62,384 bases of DNA from Bacteroidia bacterium (GTDB taxonomy: Bacteria > Bacteroidota > Bacteroidia > SpSt-205), in NCBI GenBank assembly GCA_025054525.1, contig JANWZJ010000007.1, forward strand, positions 1-62,384. Direction: 5' to 3'. Made by a program: the position numbers and the translations under genes. Below the pieces are notes generated by a model that made no database searches, was not told the DNA's origin, and was given only the letters and a program-made list of their open reading frames with translations. Each line of letters begins with the position of its first letter. Position 1 is the first letter of the stretch. Shown here in pieces: positions 8,484-17,531 of this stretch.

Positions 8484-9646
8484 GAGGTAGTTTGAATGGC
8501 TTGAAGGATGAGGGAGTCTGAAAGGAGCGCGCCTTTAGAAGAAAGGACGTACTGGCCAGAGACCTCACGAACCCAGCCGTGTTGTAGCCAAACTTGAGAA
8601 AGGGCATGCCCACTCTCAGAGTCATCTAATAGGCTGGTAGGTATGCCAGCTCGGGTACGAAAGCGAGTAAGCCATAGCTCCTCCTGTGTCTCCTCAGCGG
8701 TAAGCGGAGTAATAGAAGAAGCAGGAAGGACATTTTCGTCTAAGAGCTTTTGGAGATAATGCCGTAAGGAAGGGGGATTGTGCCAACGCACCTCAGGGAT
8801 GTAACTATGAGCGGCAGGCCCTAAACCCAGATAAGCTTTCCGCAGCCAATACCGCCAGTTGTGCTGACACTCATGTCCTTCACGGGCCCAGTTGGAAATC
8901 TCATACCAAGTATAACCTTCATTTTCCAGGAAAGTGTGAGCGGCTAAATACATCTCTGCATATGTATCCTCATCTATGGGGTGAAATCGTCCCAACTTTT
9001 GCTTTTTGTATAGCACAGTGCGTTCCTCAATAGTTAGTCCGTATAGAGAGAGGTGGGGCGCCCCTTTATCTGTGAGAATCTTTAGGTCTTGCTGGAGGGA
9101 GTCTAAGGTTTGTCCAGGGATGGCGAATATCACATCGGCATTCCATGAGGGTAAATCCGAGTTTGCTAATAGATTTATAGCTTGGAGAGCTGTGTCAGGA
9201 GAGTGACTCCGCCCTAAAATCCTGAGTAGGGCAGGTTGAAAGCTCTGAATTCCGATACTAATGCGGGTCACACCCCAATTCCGCCAGAGACGGATTGAGG
9301 CGGCGCTAATATCTTCAGGGTTGGCTTCTATTGTTATTTCGGTGGGGTGATAGGTAGGGAGGGAGTGTAATGCATGAAAAATCTTATCCCATAAGGACGA
9401 AGGAAGCCAACTCGGTGTGCCCCCCCCGAAAAAGACTGTTTCTATGGGGACTTTCTCCAGTAAGAAGCGATATAGGTGAATTTCTCGCAGAAGAGCTTCG
9501 GTGTAAGCCTCCATGAGGCTGGCCCGCGGTGTGAAGAAGAAGTCGCAATAATGGCAGGCCTTCCGACAAAAAGGTACATGGATATACAGCCCCAGCGTTT
9601 GTCCCTCCAGGCTTAGGGCTGAAAGGAGAGACCTATCAGGAAGCAT
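8477..9646 (-). CDS. hemW: Radical SAM heme chaperone / coproporphyrinogen-III oxidase-like protein
   Basis: YIHVPFCRKACHYCDFF contains the CxxxCxxC radical-SAM cluster motif in HemN/HemW context. Length is 389 aa. Confidence 0.88.
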   Translation of the reverse strand: MLPDRSLLSALSLEGQTLGLYIHVPFCRKACHYCDFFFTPRASLMEAYTEALLREIHLYRFLLEKVPIETVFFGGGTPSWLPSSLWDKIFHALHSLPTYHPTEITIEANPEDISAASIRLWRNWGVTRISIGIQSFQPALLRILGRSHSPDTALQAINLLANSDLPSWNADVIFAIPGQTLDSLQQDLKILTDKGAPHLSLYGLTIEERTVLYKKQKLGRFHPIDEDTYAEMYLAAHTFLENEGYTWYEISNWAREGHECQHNWRYWLRKAYLGLGPAAHSYIPEVRWHNPPSLRHYLQKLLDENVLPASSITPLTAEETQEELWLTRFRTRAGIPTSLLDDSESGHALSQVWLQHGWVREVSGQYVLSSKGALLSDSLILQAIQTTSC

Positions 9647-10197
9647 TCAGTGCTCCCTATACGAGTAGCAGGCGGACGATAAATCTCTACCCGGGCGAAG
9701 CTGGTTCGGGCCTCTTGGCGCAGGGCCGAGAGGGTGGGTCCCTCTAAGAGTTTAGCGATCCAGAAGCCTCCTGTGCGTAGTCCCTTGCGGGCAAGGGTCA
9801 AGCTGCGCCATACTAACTCTGCAGAGCGGGTATGGTCTGTGATACGCACGCCCGTAGTGCGAGGTGCCATGTCCGAAACTATACCATCCCAACCTTTTCC
9901 TTCTATGAGGCTTTCCACTTCTGAAGAAAACACATCGCTCCGCTCAAACCGTACCCACTCTGGGGGCCTCCAAGCCAAAGGCTCTATATCTATGGCTAAT
10001 ATCTTTCCAGACTGTCCCACTCTTTGCATAATATACTGAGTCCAAGAGCCCGGGGCAGCACCCAAATCTACTATCTGCATTCCCTTTCGTAGAAGCTGAT
10101 ATTTCTCATCTATAGCTTTTAATTTATACACGGATCGGGCGGCATATCCCTCTGATTTCGCCTTGCGAAAGTAGAAGTCCTGAGGCTGATAGCTCAT
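9613..10197 (-). CDS. rlmE: 23S rRNA 2'-O-ribose methyltransferase (FtsJ/RlmE family)
   Basis: RSVYKLKAIDEKY...VDLGAAPGSWTQY matches the FtsJ signature. Length is 194 aa. Confidence 0.9.
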   Translation of the reverse strand: MSYQPQDFYFRKAKSEGYAARSVYKLKAIDEKYQLLRKGMQIVDLGAAPGSWTQYIMQRVGQSGKILAIDIEPLAWRPPEWVRFERSDVFSSEVESLIEGKGWDGIVSDMAPRTTGVRITDHTRSAELVWRSLTLARKGLRTGGFWIAKLLEGPTLSALRQEARTSFARVEIYRPPATRIGSTECFLIGLSFQP

Positions 10198-12776
10198 AAT
10201 AAATCTTTATAGATGGAGCTCAGCGTAGGATGTTTTTCTTCTTCCTTCACCTGCCGCAGGAGTTGGCTAATCTCTTTATCTTTACTCATCCGTAGCTTGA
10301 GCATATAGACGACTTGCAGGCGCAGGTACCAGGGATTCTCATGTCGGACGATATTTCGGATTACAGGGAGAATAGACGCTCGCATATCAGGTACCTGCTC
10401 ATAGGCAAGAACAATAAGACTTGCTGCTTCCATGCGACTCTCCATCCCTATAATGCAAGGATACCGACTGAGCAGATTTTCTACAGCTTTTTTATCTTTG
10501 TTTCGGAGTATAAGAAGAGCACTACTGTTGAGAAAGATCTCTTCGGATTCAGCGGTAAGCCACTGACGCGCAGTTTCGCGAGCTGCTGTGCTATCTTCCT
10601 CGATGAGCACTCTCAGTGCAGAAGTACGAACTTCCGTAGCAGGGTCTGACAACCCTTTAGGAATAAAATTCTTCCAGCCCTGCACTGAGATAAGTCCCTG
10701 ATTTACGGCATTCTGAAGGAAGCGCCATGCCGCTGCCCGAACAATAGGCGCACTATCCTGTAGGGCTTGTCGTAAGAGGGCATATACAGGCACAATCGCT
10801 TCACTATCTGCAATAAACTCCAGGGCTTGCCATACTTCGGCTTTCCAATAGGCACCGCCTCGGGAGTACGCCTCAAGGACCGCAGCGATTTTATCACTCT
10901 CTCCGCTGAGATAGGGTTGCAGTTCTTGCAGAGCCGCACATCGCTGCCAGAAATACTTACCTTCGGTGAGCATGCTTTTCCACCAGCTTAAGGGGTATTC
11001 GCGCTGGCTGGCTCCTACGAAGAGTCGCTTTGGGTCTAACTCTGCATACTTTACTGCTGGACGGACCCATACGAGTTGGGTATCTCCGAGCAGTTCTACG
11101 GGAAGCTCTTCGTAGCCTTTTGCCGAAAGAATCGCCACAGGAAGAACATATCGGTAAGGCCCGCGTAAGCTGTCGTATTTTTCCTGACGCACTTTGAGAA
11201 TAATCGTGTCGCCGCTCTGCCGCCCCTGAATAGTAAGGCGAACCTCATCTTTACGGCGAAAGTGCTGGTCAAAAAACCATGTCCAATCTTCGCCAGTTAT
11301 CTCCTCCACTGCATGACGAAGATGGTCTATATCCGCAGCCTTATAGGCATTTGTTTGCAGGTAATACTGAAGGGCAGCGAAGAAAGCCGAATCGCCCATG
11401 AGGTTTCTAAGAAGGTGCAGAACAAGTCCTCCTTTCTGATAGCTGTGAGCATCAAACATATCCATGGGGTCGTTGTAGTCAAAGCGCACTAAAGAGACTT
11501 TTTTCTGGGATGCTTCCATTAGATAAGTACTCATACTTTGTCGGCGATGATTCTCAGCGGCCTCTTCGCCTCGGCTGTATTCTAACCAGAGATATTCTGA
11601 GTAATCAGCAAAACTTTCGTTGAGAGGAAGCTGCGACCAGCTCTCACAAGTTACAAGGTCCCCAAACCAGTGATGAAAAAGCTCATGGGCTATGACTTCC
11701 TCATGGTCATTAGTGAGAGCTTTTCCTGCATCGTAGAAGAGCATATCCCCGTGAATAGTAGCGGTGGTATTTTCCATCGCCCCTGAGATAAAGTCTCGCA
11801 CAATCACTTGACTATATTTAGGCCATGGATATTCTACACCTAATCTCGTGGAGAAGAACTCTAACATCTTGGGTGTATTACCGAAGATATGAGAAGCGTA
11901 TTTCTCTTTACCTGGCTCCATGTAATAAGACACCTCGCGTCCGCGCCAGGAATCCTTTATTATGCGGAAAGGTCCTACTACTAAGGCGAAAAGATAAGGG
12001 GCATGAGGCTGGCGCATTTCCCAACAGTCTTGGCGCATGCCGCCAGGGAGCTTTTTCTGAGAGACTAAAAGTCCGTTAGAAAGAGAGACCATCGTATCCT
12101 CTAAGGTAATACAGAGACGCTGGGTAGATTTCTGATTAGGACTGTCTAAAGTAGGGAACCATGCTGATGCTGATTCGGGTTCGCCTTGTGTCCAAAACTG
12201 ACGCGGCACGCAGGTTCGTTTGCCATCTGGATTGATGAAGTATCCGCCTTTGCGACCGCCGATAGCCGCAGAACCTCCTCCTTCTAACCGTTCGGGCTGC
12301 GCCCGATAGCGAATATATACCTGTACGGTTTCCGCCGCAGTATAGAAGCGGTCCAAGGTCAAGTAGAGCTTGAGAGTATCGTAGCGCTGATGAAGGATGC
12401 GTCCGTTTGAAGGACGAAGCAAACGCACGTCCTCTATCTGGAAGGCTTTGGCATCCAGTACCAGTTCCTGCATAGGGGCAAAGTGCGGCTTCAAGGTCAG
12501 AATAGCTTCCCCCGGAATCTCTCGTTTGGCCCAGTCCAAAGAGAGGGATAGATCAGTATGAATGAGTTTCCAGCGTATGGGATAACTCCCCTTGTATAGA
12601 GGGGCGCGGGTAGGGCGCAGGAGAGTATCCTTCTCTTCCTCGTCTAAACTTTTGAGCATCGCCAAAAACGCTGAGTCCTCCAAGGTGTTTTTTTTCCGGC
12701 GCGAGCTGCGCATTTTCTCAGAGCATCCAACAGCCAGCAATCCCCACGCGCTGACCCAAAGTATCCAGCGCATCAT
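10194..12776 (-). CDS. pepN: M1-family zinc aminopeptidase (aminopeptidase N-like) lipoprotein with a C-terminal HEAT-like repeat region
   Basis: GAMEN exopeptidase motif (GAMENTT) and HELFHHWFGD (HExxH) followed by a distal E. Start placed at ATGATG 12776, which gives the signal/lipobox MMRWILWVSAWGLLAVGC. Confidence 0.9.
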   Translation of the reverse strand: MMRWILWVSAWGLLAVGCSEKMRSSRRKKNTLEDSAFLAMLKSLDEEEKDTLLRPTRAPLYKGSYPIRWKLIHTDLSLSLDWAKREIPGEAILTLKPHFAPMQELVLDAKAFQIEDVRLLRPSNGRILHQRYDTLKLYLTLDRFYTAAETVQVYIRYRAQPERLEGGGSAAIGGRKGGYFINPDGKRTCVPRQFWTQGEPESASAWFPTLDSPNQKSTQRLCITLEDTMVSLSNGLLVSQKKLPGGMRQDCWEMRQPHAPYLFALVVGPFRIIKDSWRGREVSYYMEPGKEKYASHIFGNTPKMLEFFSTRLGVEYPWPKYSQVIVRDFISGAMENTTATIHGDMLFYDAGKALTNDHEEVIAHELFHHWFGDLVTCESWSQLPLNESFADYSEYLWLEYSRGEEAAENHRRQSMSTYLMEASQKKVSLVRFDYNDPMDMFDAHSYQKGGLVLHLLRNLMGDSAFFAALQYYLQTNAYKAADIDHLRHAVEEITGEDWTWFFDQHFRRKDEVRLTIQGRQSGDTIILKVRQEKYDSLRGPYRYVLPVAILSAKGYEELPVELLGDTQLVWVRPAVKYAELDPKRLFVGASQREYPLSWWKSMLTEGKYFWQRCAALQELQPYLSGESDKIAAVLEAYSRGGAYWKAEVWQALEFIADSEAIVPVYALLRQALQDSAPIVRAAAWRFLQNAVNQGLISVQGWKNFIPKGLSDPATEVRTSALRVLIEEDSTAARETARQWLTAESEEIFLNSSALLILRNKDKKAVENLLSRYPCIIGMESRMEAASLIVLAYEQVPDMRASILPVIRNIVRHENPWYLRLQVVYMLKLRMSKDKEISQLLRQVKEEEKHPTLSSIYKDLL

Positions 12777-12780
12777 GCTA

Positions 12781-12788
12781 CAAAGGTA
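12781..12788 (-). promoter_or_regulatory. -7 promoter box (TAccTTTG) 4 nt upstream of the aminopeptidase ATG
   Basis: The reverse complement of caaaggta is an exact TAnnTTTG match. Only 4 nt (tagc) separate it from the ATG at 12776. Confidence 0.5.
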
Positions 12789-12813
12789 TCGGTTTTTATG
12801 TTGATACACTGCG

Positions 12814-12948
12814 ATGAAAGAATGGATGCTGGCTCACGACAAACTCCATACAGTGGTAGCAGTAACGCTGCTTTTATGGATGGGCATCGCAGCTCACCTT
12901 TGGCGTCTCAGTAAAAGAGTGCAAAAAATAGAGAAAATGCTTTCTTAG
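12814..12948 (+). CDS. Candidate 44-aa single-pass membrane peptide (below the ORF-track cutoff)
   Basis: ATG..TAG ORF encoding MKEWMLAHDKLHTVVAVTLLLWMGIAAHLWRLSKRVQKIEKMLS. It has one hydrophobic helix and a basic tail, and fills the only gap between two minus-strand genes. There is no other support. Confidence 0.2.
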   Translation: MKEWMLAHDKLHTVVAVTLLLWMGIAAHLWRLSKRVQKIEKMLS

Positions 12949-12949
12949 A

Positions 12950-14014
12950 TTATTTCGGAGCAAGCCAAAGCCAAAGGCCTGCCACTGCAAAGAATATTAG
13001 ATTAGGTAGCCAAACCCCTACCCAAATCCACCCTGTTATACCAGAAAAAGCACTCTTGGCTAATGTCAGCAAGAATACATAGATAAAAGCCAAGACTAAT
13101 CCTAATCCGATTTGCCATGCTACGCCACCTCGCCTTTTTCGTGAAGCAGACGCAAAACCCAAACCCGTAAGTCCTATCGTAGCTAAGGGTATGGCAAACC
13201 GCTCATGGAGTTCTACTTCCAGCAGGCTGGCGAAATCACCGCCCACATAGAGTTGTCTATGATATTCCGCCCATAGTTCGGGCAGGGTCATCGTACGAGT
13301 ATAAAGCTCTGACCGAATGATATCCTCTGGTACCAAAGGCAAAGTCGTATCCAATCTATCTACATAACGCGGGGGCTTATCTTTATCAAAATGCCATATG
13401 CGAAAGAGTTGCCATCGCTTATGCTCTTTATCCCAGAGGACTTCTTCTGCGATGAGGCGCTGCTTTAGGCGGTTATCTTCCACTTTCTCTAAGTGTGCCC
13501 CGAATCCGACGTGATCAAACTTATCAAACGCCCGTACAAAGAAATAGCTATCTCTTGTCAGCTTGATATGAATCTGTCTCTTGTCAAAATAAACGCGATT
13601 CTTGACGTATTTGTACTCAAACTCCTCTATGCGTCGTATATTGTGGGGCGTTACGTAGGCATGTAGGACTATGCTAAGCAGGCTTAGCGTTAGAGCGAGC
13701 ATAAGGTAGGGTCGTAGAATGCGCCAAAAGCTCACTCCGCAAGCAAGGAGGGCTACGATTTCGGAGCGCTGTGCGAGTTTGGCAGTGAAGAAGAGCACAG
13801 ATATGAATACCATAAGGGGTGTAAGAAGGGTAGCGTAGAAGGGAATGAAGTTCTGATAGTATCGCAGGAGGGCGGGTAAAGTGGCTTTTTTCTCTACGAA
13901 GTCATCTATTTTTTCGGCTACATCTATGGCAACGAGAATGAGTACTAATAGTAGCAAGCTCCCCAAAAAGCTTACGGCGAAATGTCGTAGAATATAGCGG
14001 TCTAAGCGGCTCAT
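12950..14014 (-). CDS. LptF/LptG-family LPS export permease
   Basis: Starts MSRLDRYILRHF, typical of YjgP/YjgQ. It has three N-terminal TM helices, a periplasmic beta-jellyroll-sized insert and three C-terminal TM helices. Length is 354 aa. Confidence 0.85.
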   Translation of the reverse strand: MSRLDRYILRHFAVSFLGSLLLLVLILVAIDVAEKIDDFVEKKATLPALLRYYQNFIPFYATLLTPLMVFISVLFFTAKLAQRSEIVALLACGVSFWRILRPYLMLALTLSLLSIVLHAYVTPHNIRRIEEFEYKYVKNRVYFDKRQIHIKLTRDSYFFVRAFDKFDHVGFGAHLEKVEDNRLKQRLIAEEVLWDKEHKRWQLFRIWHFDKDKPPRYVDRLDTTLPLVPEDIIRSELYTRTMTLPELWAEYHRQLYVGGDFASLLEVELHERFAIPLATIGLTGLGFASASRKRRGGVAWQIGLGLVLAFIYVFLLTLAKSAFSGITGWIWVGVWLPNLIFFAVAGLWLWLAPK

Positions 14015-16587
14015 GATTTCAGGGCGAGGTTGCGCAGCTCTTGGAGTTTGAAGAGGGCTTCTATGGGGGTAATGGTATTAGGGTCTATGGATAGAAGCAG
14101 ACGGCGCAGTTGTTCTTCGGTATCGGCGGGCAGAGCGAAGAGATTGGGTTGCACTGACTCCGAAGGCAAGGGCTCTTGTTTTTCTAAGTGCTTGAGTAGG
14201 GCTTGGGCGCGTTGAAGGATGACGGGAGGCAGTCCTGCCATTTCGGCTACAGTCAATCCAAAGCTGCGCCGAATCGCTCCACTCCTTAGTTGATGCAGGA
14301 AGATGAGTTTATCACCTCGCTGCTCTACGGCAAGGTGATAGTTCCCTAAGCGCGGCAAGGCTTTTTCTAATGCGGTCAGCTCATGATAATGCGTAGCAAA
14401 TAGTACCCATGGGCGACAGTGGGTATCTTGATGCAGGTATTCCAGTACTGCCCATGCGATTGCCAAGCCATCGTACGTGCTTGTTCCCCGTCCAATCTCA
14501 TCCAAAATAACAAAGCTCCGCTTAGTAGCTTGATGGAGAATGCGGGTTAGTTCTTGCATTTCTACCATGAAGGTGCTTTGTCCGGCGGCGATATTATCGG
14601 AGGCTCCCACCCGACTGAAAATCTGACTCACAAGTTGAAACTCTACTTTCTCGGCGGGAACGAAGCTCCCTATCTGTGCCATGAGGAGAATAAGGGCGTT
14701 TTGGCGCATGTAGGCGGATTTGCCAGACATGTTAGGACCGGTGAGGAGCATAATCCGCTGGTCAGAATGGAGAAAGAGATGGTTGGGCTGGTAGGGCTGA
14801 TGAGGCGGCAGAAACTGCTCTATGACAGGATGCCTTCCCTTCTGGATAGAAATAATGGGTTCATCCGTGAAAGTGGGACGCGTGTATTTGTATTTATGAG
14901 CGGCTATGGCAAAGCATAGCATCACATCTACGCAAGCTATCCATCGGGCTAACTTTTGCAGGATGGAGGTATAAGCATGGAGTTCCTGAATAAATTGCTG
15001 ATACAGCTCTTTCTCGCGCTGCTCTACCTTTTCTTGTGCAGTGGCGATTTCTGCACTGAGCTTATCTAACGCATCGCTGGTATAACGGTATATGCCTTGA
15101 GCGAGCTGTTGTCGCAAGCGATACTCAGGTGGAACTCGGTCCTTATACGAAGCGGTGATGTGAAAAACATATCCCAACTGGCGATTTTCTTGAATTTTGA
15201 GATTAGGTATGTTTAGTCGCTTACTTTCTCGCTCAGCTAACTCTTCTAGGGCACGAGTAGCGTTATGAAGAAGATAACGGGCTCGGTCTAACTCAGGGTC
15301 TATTCCTTCTCGGATGACTTCCCCTGTGCCTGCTTTTTCGCCGGTGTGGATAGGTTCTGTGCCTAAAATGAGATATTTCTCTATGAGACTAAGGGTTTGG
15401 GTCAGGGGTTCTTGGATGTCTGGGAGTTTAGGATAGGCGGGGGGGAGTTCTGAAAGCAACTGCTGGGCTTTTCGCAAGGCGAAATACAGCGTGGCGATTT
15501 CTCGGGGGGTAGCTTTTCGGGCGCTTAGGCGGGCTACCCTTCGCTCCAAGTCCCCAATCCCTCGCAGGAGGGTTTGCCAGTCTTTGTGTCGTTCTGGCTC
15601 ATCATACAGCACCTGAACGGCAGCCAAACGGCTCTCTATATCTTCTTTCTGTCGTAGAGGCATTGTAAGATAAGTACGCAATAGCCGCGTGCCTGCCGCC
15701 GTCGTTGTTAGATTGAGTACCGACAAGAGGCTCTTCCCTTGAGGGGTCAAGGGTTGAAGCACTTCCAGATTGCGTTGGGTATCAGGGTCTAATATGAAGG
15801 TTCTCTGCAGCGGTAATGCCTGGGGAAAAGCTATATGCCGAAGCTGCTGCTGATGTAGGTCTCGTAGATAACTCAGGAGCGCAGCAAATGCTTGGGCAGT
15901 AGGAGAAGTTTCGTGAATGAGAGCCACATTAGGTGGAGCATACCCATATACTTCTCTAAAGAGTTCTCTAAGGCTGGAGGTGTCAAAGTACCAAGCGGGT
16001 ATAATCTCTACTCGTTTGGCAGTCGTATAAATACCCCCCCAGAGGGCTTCTTGTCCTTCATGTACGAGTAGTTCTATGGGGGTGAAGGTATTGAGCACCT
16101 TATCTATGTCCGCGAGCGTTCCTTGATGATACAAACAAGTACCTGAACTCATGACATCTAACAGGAAGAGCACGGCTTCTTGAGGCGAGTAGGCCCACAC
16201 TAAGCCTAAATACTCCCCAACTTCTTTTTTTTCATCACCTTCGCTCCAGTGAACGGCAGGAGTGGCAATCTGGGTTATTTCTCGACGAACTAACTTTTTG
16301 CCTTTGGATGGGGCTTCGGTTTGGTCGCAGATGGCTACTCGGAAGCCTGCTTCCATTAAGCGGGGCAAGTATGTATCCAGCGCCCTCACAGGGAAGCCAG
16401 CCATATCTATGTCTTTAGCTTGGCCGTTATTTCGCTTAGTGAGGGTAAGTCCTAAGGTAGCTGAGAGAATATGAGCATCTTCTTCAAAGGTTTCGTAAAA
16501 GTCTCCCACTTGGAATAGCAGAATCGCGCCGGGGTGTTTATTTTTCATGGAGCGATACTGCTTCATGAGATCGGTAGTCTCAGACAT
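14011..16587 (-). CDS. mutS: DNA mismatch repair protein MutS
   Basis: TDLMKQY...FQVGDFYETF N-terminal mismatch-binding motif, Walker A GPNMSGKS, DEIGRGTSTYDG and THYHEL. Length is 858 aa. An ATGA overlap joins it to the downstream gene. Confidence 0.97.
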   Translation of the reverse strand: MSETTDLMKQYRSMKNKHPGAILLFQVGDFYETFEEDAHILSATLGLTLTKRNNGQAKDIDMAGFPVRALDTYLPRLMEAGFRVAICDQTEAPSKGKKLVRREITQIATPAVHWSEGDEKKEVGEYLGLVWAYSPQEAVLFLLDVMSSGTCLYHQGTLADIDKVLNTFTPIELLVHEGQEALWGGIYTTAKRVEIIPAWYFDTSSLRELFREVYGYAPPNVALIHETSPTAQAFAALLSYLRDLHQQQLRHIAFPQALPLQRTFILDPDTQRNLEVLQPLTPQGKSLLSVLNLTTTAAGTRLLRTYLTMPLRQKEDIESRLAAVQVLYDEPERHKDWQTLLRGIGDLERRVARLSARKATPREIATLYFALRKAQQLLSELPPAYPKLPDIQEPLTQTLSLIEKYLILGTEPIHTGEKAGTGEVIREGIDPELDRARYLLHNATRALEELAERESKRLNIPNLKIQENRQLGYVFHITASYKDRVPPEYRLRQQLAQGIYRYTSDALDKLSAEIATAQEKVEQREKELYQQFIQELHAYTSILQKLARWIACVDVMLCFAIAAHKYKYTRPTFTDEPIISIQKGRHPVIEQFLPPHQPYQPNHLFLHSDQRIMLLTGPNMSGKSAYMRQNALILLMAQIGSFVPAEKVEFQLVSQIFSRVGASDNIAAGQSTFMVEMQELTRILHQATKRSFVILDEIGRGTSTYDGLAIAWAVLEYLHQDTHCRPWVLFATHYHELTALEKALPRLGNYHLAVEQRGDKLIFLHQLRSGAIRRSFGLTVAEMAGLPPVILQRAQALLKHLEKQEPLPSESVQPNLFALPADTEEQLRRLLLSIDPNTITPIEALFKLQELRNLALKS

Positions 16588-17374
16588 GGGGTATCTCGGT
16601 AAGGAGGGCTTCCATAATTTTCTTTATCCGCTGCGCTTCGGTCTGGAGTTGAAACCAGCGCTCGCGCGGTTTGGCGCTGAGTTCCTCATAGCTAATGCGT
16701 GGAAAATACAACGCCGATCGCAAAGCAAAACGAGGAATGCGATGAAAACGCAGGGGGAGATTGAGGACGGGATTCTTCATAAGCGGGCGCACATAGGAGG
16801 GCTGCCACTGTTTGACCCAGCTCAGCATCCAGCTCGGCACATAGAAGTCTTTGCCCCATTCCTCTGAGCCGCGATGCACCGTAATCAAGATAGGTGCTTC
16901 GGCTATAAGGGCTAACTCTATGAACTTAGGAGAACGAAAGGGGCGGATTTCATATACATCGCCTATGATACAGTTATCGCCTTCAGGGAAAACGACGGTA
17001 TCGCTGACCTTCTCTTCCTTGAAAGTTTGGAGGACCTTGGCAAAGGAGGGCGGTTCTCGGCTATCAAATATCCATCGCAGAAGCCATCGGCTCAGAGCTA
17101 TTTTGTATAGTCCTCGGTGGAATACGCCTAATACCGTGCGAGAATGAGCCCCCTCAGCCACAGCAGCTTGTAGCATGCCTATGACAGCGGGTACCCAGCC
17201 CAAAGAACCAGCATGGCTGAATGCATGAACTACCTTAGGATACCGGGTGAAAATCTCCCGCAAGGGCGGTGTAGAGCGAGTGACCACCTGATCAAAAAGA
17301 ATGGGATATACCCAACGGAGCCTTTGGTGCAGCGCATGCACTGAAATTGATACACCTGCACTACTCATACCCAC
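16580..17374 (-). CDS. Acyltransferase-like protein (PlsC/LPLAT superfamily, tentative)
   Basis: VVFPEGDN resembles acyltransferase block III, but no clear HxxxxD block was seen. The start codon at 17374 is GTG, and an ATG lies at 17368. Confidence 0.45.
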   Translation of the reverse strand: MGMSSAGVSISVHALHQRLRWVYPILFDQVVTRSTPPLREIFTRYPKVVHAFSHAGSLGWVPAVIGMLQAAVAEGAHSRTVLGVFHRGLYKIALSRWLLRWIFDSREPPSFAKVLQTFKEEKVSDTVVFPEGDNCIIGDVYEIRPFRSPKFIELALIAEAPILITVHRGSEEWGKDFYVPSWMLSWVKQWQPSYVRPLMKNPVLNLPLRFHRIPRFALRSALYFPRISYEELSAKPRERWFQLQTEAQRIKKIMEALLTEIPHV

Positions 17375-17381
17375 TTTCCCA

Positions 17382-17389
17382 CAAAGATA
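17382..17389 (-). promoter_or_regulatory. -7 promoter box (TAtcTTTG) 7 nt upstream of the 17374 start
   Basis: The reverse complement of caaagata is an exact TAnnTTTG match. It sits in the only intergenic gap of this gene string, just downstream of a terminator-like hairpin. Confidence 0.5.
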
Positions 17390-17473
17390 AGACTTTGTGA
17401 ATTCTCATCCATTTATGCTATGATGCTGAGACAGTTGGGGCTTTTGGAGATGGAGTTCTTTACTTTTCTAGAG

Positions 17474-17505
17474 TAAAAGAGGGAGAGGTTTCAACCTCCC
17501 CCTCT
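17474..17505 (-). terminator. Rho-independent-type terminator hairpin after the FecR-domain gene
   Basis: The minus-strand RNA AGAGGGGGAGG-uugaaa-CCUCUCCCUCU forms an 11-bp stem with one G-U pair, followed by UUUAC. It lies 27 nt after the stop at 17532. The U-tract is short. Confidence 0.5.
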
Positions 17506-17531
17506 GTCATAAATTTGATACACTGATGTAC

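Noticed and set aside
10314-16867. Antisense ORFs of 60-121 aa inside pepN, mutS and the acyltransferase-like gene (for example 10314..10649, 11825..12079, 14554..14919, 16547..16867).
   Set aside because: All lie opposite long, motif-supported genes and have no recognisable domains. Such shadow ORFs are typical in ~50-55% GC coding sequence.
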